DNA from: an uncultured Gammaproteobacteria bacterium
GTDB taxonomy: Bacteria > Pseudomonadota > Gammaproteobacteria > Steroidobacterales > Steroidobacteraceae
Direction of reading: 5' to 3'
DNA length: 64,000 bases
Assembly: GCA_963705405.1 (NCBI GenBank)
Contig: CAVPJJ010000003.1
Coordinates: 96,760-160,759, forward strand
Shown here: positions 58,995 through 64,000 of the stretch, in pieces
Numbering within the stretch: the stretch's first letter is position 1
Layout of the letters: each line of letters begins with the position of its first letter
The notes under the pieces: model-generated
Told to the model about the DNA's origin: nothing
Seen by the model: only the letters and a program-made list of their open reading frames with translations
The model's database searches: none
Program-made: the position numbers and the translations under genes

Positions 58995-59591
58995 TCAACC
59001 GCGTGCGCCGTGCTTGCCCGCGTCCCAGCCTGTCGAGCCCAGCGTGCGGCCGGCGACATGGGCCGCGCGCTCCTCGAGGTCGGTCGCCATGGTGTCGTTC
59101 CAGCGGTTCAGATAGCCAAAGAGCGCTATGGTGGCGACGATTTCGACTTGCTCACCGTCATCGAAGTACCTGGCCAGCTCTAAGAAATCCTGCGGGCCGG
59201 TCTCATTCGGAACGATCGCCGCTTTCAGTGCCAGTCGCAGCGCTGCGCGCTCGGCATCGCTGAAAAGCTCGCTGGTCTCGAACTCCCAGACCGCGGCGAT
59301 CTTTGCATCGGAGGCGCGGAAGATGCTGGATAGGTTCGCCATATGCGCCTGGCAGTAGCGGCAGCCGGCGGCCTGGCTGGCGATGAGGCTGACGAGCATC
59401 TTGAGCTCTTCGGGTACCGTGCCTTCGTACAGCACCGCCCGGTTCAGGTCCATGAAGGCCCTGGCGATGGCGGGCCGGCGCGACATCGTGAGGATGCTGT
59501 TAGGCACGAAACCACGAGTGCTTGCGTAGTGGTCGAACCGTTCGCGAAACTCGGGAACGGCTTCCCTGGGAAGCGGAGCGACGTGTGCCAT
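58995..59591 (-). CDS. AhpD-like / carboxymuconolactone decarboxylase family (peroxidase-related) protein.
   Basis: Starting from the ATG at 59591: MAHVAPLPREAVPEFRERFDHYASTRGFVPNSILTMSRRP.., with the AhpD-type CRYCQAHM (CxxC) motif. Confidence 0.75.
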   Translation of the reverse strand: MAHVAPLPREAVPEFRERFDHYASTRGFVPNSILTMSRRPAIARAFMDLNRAVLYEGTVPEELKMLVSLIASQAAGCRYCQAHMANLSSIFRASDAKIAAVWEFETSELFSDAERAALRLALKAAIVPNETGPQDFLELARYFDDGEQVEIVATIALFGYLNRWNDTMATDLEERAAHVAGRTLGSTGWDAGKHGARG

Positions 59592-59748
59592 GGATTCGAT
59601 TCCCCACTGCCTGGCTACGATGGAACCATTTATTGGCGTGCCGGGCAACACCGGGCGACGATGGCCAGGCACGGCGACTTTGGTCGCGCCCGTGACGCGG
59701 CCACTCCCGCCCGCACTCAAGATACCCCGTCTGACTAGCAGAAACGAA

Positions 59749-59766
59749 AGGCCCCTCGCGGGGCCT
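59749..59766 (-). terminator. Probable intrinsic terminator downstream of the prolyl oligopeptidase gene.
   Basis: It is an AGGCCCC-TCGC-GGGGCCT hairpin. On the minus strand it is followed by TTTCGTTTCT. Confidence 0.5.
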
Positions 59767-59912
59767 CACTTATTCAGCGTACTAACGACAGTCGCATCGA
59801 CGGTCAGTCCTCCATCAGGAAACTGCGCAGCTGCTCGCTGCGGCTGGGGTGGCGGAGCTTGCGCAGCGCCCTTGCTGCGCGGGCAGCCGCTCGAACTGCG
59901 CGCGCCAATTCC

Positions 59913-62087
59913 TCAGGGCCGCGGCTGAAACCCCGGATCGCCAAACTGCCACAGCAGAAACGACCATTGGTCGGCGGTTTCGGCGTTGATCTGAGACTTC
60001 GTCGAGCCGATGCCGTGGCCGGCGTCATAGTCGACGCGCAACAGCACGGGCCGGTTGCTCGAAGTCGCTGCCTGCAATCGTGCCGACATCTTCGCTGCCT
60101 CCCAGGAAGCGACGCGCGGATCGTTGACACCCGTGGTCAACAGCACGGCAGGGTAGGGCATTCCCTTGCGCACATGCGTGTACGGGCTCATCGCATAGAG
60201 CCCATGGAACTCGCCCTCGAGCTGGACGGTTCCGAACTCCGGGGTATTCGGCGGCCCGTTCGGCGTTTGCTCGAAGCGCAGCGTGTCGGAAGCGCCGACC
60301 TCGTCGAGGATGGCCGCAAAAAGTTGCGGTCGCAGCGTCAGTGCGCGCCCCACCGTAATGCCGCCCGCGCTGCCGCCCTCGCCGGCAATCTTCGCGGAAC
60401 TCGTGTATCCGTGGTCGATGAGGTACTCGGCGCAGGCGATGAAGTCGTACACCGTATTGAGTTTCGTGCCTTTCTGGCCGGCCGTGTGCCAGTCCTCTCC
60501 ATATTCACCGCCACCCCGCACGTGGCCGACGGCAAAGATGCCACCGCGCTCGAGCCAGGCGAGTAGCATCGGGTTGAATCCCGGGTCCAGGGTGATTCCA
60601 TACGCGCCATAGGCGTTCAGGATCGTCGGGTTGCTGCCGTCGAGCGCCAGCCCCTTTTTCATCACGATCGAAAGCGGTACGAGCGTTCCGTCGTAACTCA
60701 CAATCTTGACCTCGCGCGATTCGATCCCGGAATAGTCGACAGGCGATCGCGGGCGCAGGCCCGTATTGGCCACCGTATTGGCAGCGGGATCGTACGAGTA
60801 CCATAGCTGCGGCTCGGTCCACGAAGTCAGCTTCATCAGCAGCCCCGGGTTCTGCGGATTCACGACGAATTCCCCGATGGCGCCCTCATAGGGGAGTGGG
60901 ATGGGTTTCGTATCTCCATCGCTTCCGAAACCGACTCGCAGCACATGGCCGATGCCGCCGTCGAGCTGCTGCACATAGAGCGCATCCTCGGCAACCCCAA
61001 GATTGGTCAGGACAGCTTGCCCCGCAGGAACAATTACATCGGCCTTGTCGAAATTGGGGCTCGCGAGACTCGTCCGCACGACCTTGTAACGGGACTCACC
61101 CTTGTGCGTCAGGAGGTAGACCATGTCGCCACGCAGGTCGAACTTGGTCACCTCGTCTTCTTCGCCGACAATCTTTGTCCAAGGCGTGTCAGCCCGATCC
61201 ACTGAATCGAGCGGCGCCGCGTAAATCGAAACCTCGTTCTTCACGAACTTAACGACGACGCCGAGCGCCCACGACGAAGCAGGCGACGAAACAACGAAAC
61301 TGACTTCGTCAGGCGCCACCGGCACGCGAGACGAGAAGCCGAAGCCGAACACGGCCAAATCCCCGTCGCCATTTTTGTTGATGCCGAGCGAGTGCTTGTA
61401 GATCCGGCTCTTCAGGTACTTGTCGGTCGGCGGTGCGTCCGCCGCCAGCTTCTGGAGTCGCAAATACAGGAACGAACGACCGTCGGGCTGCCACGAGACG
61501 ACCCCAAACTGGGTTCGATCGATGGCTTCGCCCTGGTCCTTGCCTGTGGCGCTATCCAGTACGTGCAGGACGCTTTCCTCCGAGCCTCCGGGCGAGATTG
61601 CATAGGCCACATAGCGACCGTCCCTGGACGGGACGAAGTAGTCGATCGAGAAATGCGGTTCATTTGCCGGAGTCTTCGTTGGATCTACCAGCAGCCGTTC
61701 TTTGCCGCGCAGGCCTTCCCGGACGTAAAGCTTGCCGTTATCGTCGCCCGGCGCCTGCTTCATGTAGAAGTAGCGGCTCCCCGCCTGAGAGACCTGGTAC
61801 ACCAGTGTCCCGGCCTCGGACAGCGCGGTAACACGATTGAAAAGCGCTTCGCGACCGGGAATCCGACCTAGTATCGAGCGCGTGTAGTCGTCCTGCGCCT
61901 TCATCCAGGCGGCTGCTTCGGCACTGTTGTCTGCCTCCATCCAGCGGTAGGGATCCGCAACCTGCGCGCCAAAGTATTCGTCGGAGACTGGTCGCTCAGG
62001 TGCGAGAGGCGGTGCCACTTGCGCGTGTGCCTGCACGCCAAGCAGGAGAGAGAGAAGAACGAGCGGGGCGAATCGGCGGTGCGTCAT
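59913..62087 (-). CDS. Prolyl oligopeptidase (S9A family), secreted or periplasmic.
   Basis: The ATG at 62087 has a GGAGAC ribosome-binding site. It has the signal peptide MTHRRFAPLVLLSLLLGVQAHA and the N-terminal DPYRWMEADNS motif. It has the catalytic GGSAGG (GxSxGG) motif and the C-terminal DYDAGHG. It is 724 aa and intact. Confidence 0.85.
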   Translation of the reverse strand: MTHRRFAPLVLLSLLLGVQAHAQVAPPLAPERPVSDEYFGAQVADPYRWMEADNSAEAAAWMKAQDDYTRSILGRIPGREALFNRVTALSEAGTLVYQVSQAGSRYFYMKQAPGDDNGKLYVREGLRGKERLLVDPTKTPANEPHFSIDYFVPSRDGRYVAYAISPGGSEESVLHVLDSATGKDQGEAIDRTQFGVVSWQPDGRSFLYLRLQKLAADAPPTDKYLKSRIYKHSLGINKNGDGDLAVFGFGFSSRVPVAPDEVSFVVSSPASSWALGVVVKFVKNEVSIYAAPLDSVDRADTPWTKIVGEEDEVTKFDLRGDMVYLLTHKGESRYKVVRTSLASPNFDKADVIVPAGQAVLTNLGVAEDALYVQQLDGGIGHVLRVGFGSDGDTKPIPLPYEGAIGEFVVNPQNPGLLMKLTSWTEPQLWYSYDPAANTVANTGLRPRSPVDYSGIESREVKIVSYDGTLVPLSIVMKKGLALDGSNPTILNAYGAYGITLDPGFNPMLLAWLERGGIFAVGHVRGGGEYGEDWHTAGQKGTKLNTVYDFIACAEYLIDHGYTSSAKIAGEGGSAGGITVGRALTLRPQLFAAILDEVGASDTLRFEQTPNGPPNTPEFGTVQLEGEFHGLYAMSPYTHVRKGMPYPAVLLTTGVNDPRVASWEAAKMSARLQAATSSNRPVLLRVDYDAGHGIGSTKSQINAETADQWSFLLWQFGDPGFQPRP

Positions 62088-62298
62088 ATCGGTCTCCAAA
62101 GAAGCGCATGTTTCCGGAGCAAGGGGTGATTCAGGGAATCCTACGCCATCCAGCGGCCAGCCAAGAACGGGCATTTTGCGTAAGACCGCGCGTGCATTCG
62201 GCGCATCCTGGCAGGACCGAGCGGATATTTGGTTGAGAACGGGCTTATTAAGTATCGGAAAAAGCGAGGCTTCTCGCCCCGAGTAGAATGAGGGCATT

Positions 62299-63792
62299 AT
62301 GCGCTGGGTTGCCTCTGTGTGTTGCTCCCTGCTGCTTTTTGCGTCGGTCGCAAAGGCCGACTGGCTGGAGGCCAACAGCGATCACTTCGTCATCTACAGC
62401 GATCAGTCCGAGAAATCGCTAAGACTATTCGCCGAACGCCTGGAACTGTTTCACGCGGCCATGGCGCAGGTGCTTCGCAAGCAGCTGACCAAACCCAGTC
62501 CATCCAATCGAGTGACGATTTACGTCGTTTCCAACGAAGGTGAAGTGCGCGAGCTTGTGCGGGCCAACAGTCGATTTCTCGCGGGCGTGTATCTGCCCCG
62601 CGCCGGTTCAACGGTTGCGCTGATCCCGCAGCTGAAAGGGGCAAGGTCGAAACTGCAACTGTCTCCGGAGACGATTCTTTACCACGAGTACGCACATCAC
62701 TTCATGGCGGGAATTACGGTCCGCGCCTACCCGCGCTGGTTCGTCGAGGGGTTCGCCGAGTTCTTCGCGGGTGTCCGGTTCCGTGCGGAGAACGTCGATC
62801 TCGGCATGCCGGCAACTCACCGCGCCCTGGAGCTGGAATTTTCGCGGCGTGTGCCGATACGACAATTGCTCTCATATGATGGTGGCGCGGAAGACCCGAA
62901 GTTCGGGTCCGACGCGTTCTATGGCGAGAGCTGGGCGTTGTTCCATTGCCTTGAGTTTGAACCCGCGCGCGCGGGGCAGCTGACCAAATATCAAGATCTG
63001 CTGGCACAAGGAACTCCCGCGCTGGAGGCGGCCGAGGGCGCTTTTGGCGATCTGGATACGCTCGAGAAGGACGTGCGAGCCTATTGGAGGCGCAGGCTCC
63101 TGAGCTACCTGGTGCTAGACAGAAATACGCTTGTTACTGGCCCGATAAACGTCGTCAGGCTCTCACCGGGATCGGCCGAAATGATGCCGACCGCAATCCG
63201 TTTCAAGGTTGGCGTCACGCCCGAAGAAGCGGTGGCTTTGCTGCCCGAGGCTCGACGAATCGCCGCACAGTATCCCGACGATGCCGCTGTGCTCGCAGAT
63301 TTGGCGAGGGCCGAGTTTGATACTGGCAATGATGATGCCGCGATCGCGGCAGCGGATCGCGCTATTGCAAGCGACCCCAAGCAAATCAATGCCCAAATCC
63401 AGAAGGGGTACGCACTCTTTCATAAGGTTAAGACGGGTGTCCTGCCGAAAGAGTCGTGGGTCGACGTTCGCAGCCAGTTTGTCAAGGCTAACAAGATCGA
63501 GAACGACAACCCGATCCCGCTCGTCGAGTACTACGTCAGCTACCTGGTGCAGGGTGAGCAGCCGACAAAGAATTCAATCGACGGCCTGGCATGGGCGATG
63601 CAGTTGGCGCCGTTCGATTCCTCGGTGCGCTGGTTGGTTGCGCAGCAGTTGATTTCCGACGACCGTTTGGCCGATGCGGCACTGACCCTGGCCCCGCTTG
63701 CGTACAGTCCGCATCGCAACGAGAACACCGAAAGGGCTCTCAAGTTGTTGAAGGACGTGGAAGCGCGAATCGCCGCTGTCGGCGGCACATGA
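62299..63792 (+). CDS. Secreted hypothetical protein with an HExxH zinc-metallopeptidase motif (DUF1570/MA-clan-like) and a helical, TPR-like C-terminal half.
   Basis: It has the signal peptide MRWVASVCCSLLLFASVAKA and the HEYAHH motif followed by WFVEGFAEFF. The C-terminal region is repetitive and helix-prone. It is 497 aa. Confidence 0.5.
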   Translation: MRWVASVCCSLLLFASVAKADWLEANSDHFVIYSDQSEKSLRLFAERLELFHAAMAQVLRKQLTKPSPSNRVTIYVVSNEGEVRELVRANSRFLAGVYLPRAGSTVALIPQLKGARSKLQLSPETILYHEYAHHFMAGITVRAYPRWFVEGFAEFFAGVRFRAENVDLGMPATHRALELEFSRRVPIRQLLSYDGGAEDPKFGSDAFYGESWALFHCLEFEPARAGQLTKYQDLLAQGTPALEAAEGAFGDLDTLEKDVRAYWRRRLLSYLVLDRNTLVTGPINVVRLSPGSAEMMPTAIRFKVGVTPEEAVALLPEARRIAAQYPDDAAVLADLARAEFDTGNDDAAIAAADRAIASDPKQINAQIQKGYALFHKVKTGVLPKESWVDVRSQFVKANKIENDNPIPLVEYYVSYLVQGEQPTKNSIDGLAWAMQLAPFDSSVRWLVAQQLISDDRLADAALTLAPLAYSPHRNENTERALKLLKDVEARIAAVGGT

Positions 63793-64000
63793 GCAGATCC
63801 GGTCAATTTGCGAACGCGATCTGACGGGGTTTCCGAATTACGCGGAAGCGATCTCAGATCGTACGGTGGCAATCATCGGCTATCTAACTCGTCGGCGCCT
63901 TCCAAATCAGCGTATGCCTGTCATCCGGCTGCGGCCTTTCGACACTCGTCGGATGCATCGGGTTCAGCGTCCTTACCCACGCATCATCCCCCAGATGCGG

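Noticed and set aside
1-64000. Programmed ribosomal frameshifting as an explanation for the frame breaks. Also, the presence of rRNA, tRNA, CRISPR arrays, IS elements, integrases or phage genes.
   Set aside because: The breaks are too numerous, occur in unrelated enzyme families and lack slippery-site or structure signatures. I saw no transposase or integrase-like ORFs, no spacer-repeat arrays and no RNA-gene-like conserved segments. tRNA detection by eye is unreliable.
63793-64000. A possible partial gene at the right edge of the window.
   Set aside because: No ORF in the track covers it with recognisable sequence, and it is too short to call.

Overview
This is a GC-rich bacterial chromosomal segment (roughly two-thirds G+C by eye, not computed), densely packed with about 56 protein-coding genes. 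I recognised no rRNA, tRNA, CRISPR array, IS element or prophage. All functional calls rest on motif and family recognition from the supplied translations, because no searches could be run.

Gene content, left to right:
- 1-4210: a DMSO-reductase-family molybdoenzyme module. The Fe-S subunit is truncated by the window edge and is followed by a membrane anchor. A convergent PadB-like catalytic subunit is heavily frameshifted.
- 4381-9778: hcrCAB, a 4-hydroxybenzoyl-CoA-reductase-like enzyme. It carries the Cys-rich insertion in its FAD subunit and is translationally coupled to a DUF2249 protein and a 440-aa polytopic membrane protein.
- 9735-17627: SDR, hemerythrin, iorAB, an ADP-forming acyl-CoA synthetase, a hotdog thioesterase, a CMD-family protein and fdhD.
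- 17667-20880: an FAD aromatic monooxygenase, a DUF2783 protein and an MFS transporter.
- 20870-31897: a roughly 11-kb minus-strand quinohemoprotein amine dehydrogenase operon.
- 32126-40044: an AraC regulator, a TonB-dependent receptor, paaK, and a TTQ amine dehydrogenase cluster (mauBEDA plus a monohaem cytochrome c).
- 40080-55118: a 15-kb, 13-gene minus-strand operon. It combines beta-oxidation enzymes, a split B12 mutase, a second xanthine-dehydrogenase-family enzyme, a family III CoA-transferase and NnrS.
- 55160-63792: hyuA/hyuB, an AhpD-like protein, a prolyl oligopeptidase and a secreted HExxH protein.

Main candidate for novelty: the qhp operon reads ALDH, MBL, qhpA, qhpD, qhpC, qhpB, two peptidase-U32 genes, qhpF, qhpE. 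It has no qhpG, the O2-dependent flavin monooxygenase that hydroxylates the cofactor Trp. In its place sits a translationally coupled UbiV-like/UbiU-like U32 pair, a family linked to O2-independent hydroxylation. This suggests anaerobic biogenesis of cysteine tryptophylquinone.

Main caveat: the sequence as written contains at least about 34 apparent frameshifts by manual reading. They are clustered in particular genes, and one of those genes is a U32 gene. They could be indel errors or real decay, and this has to be resolved before any functional claim.
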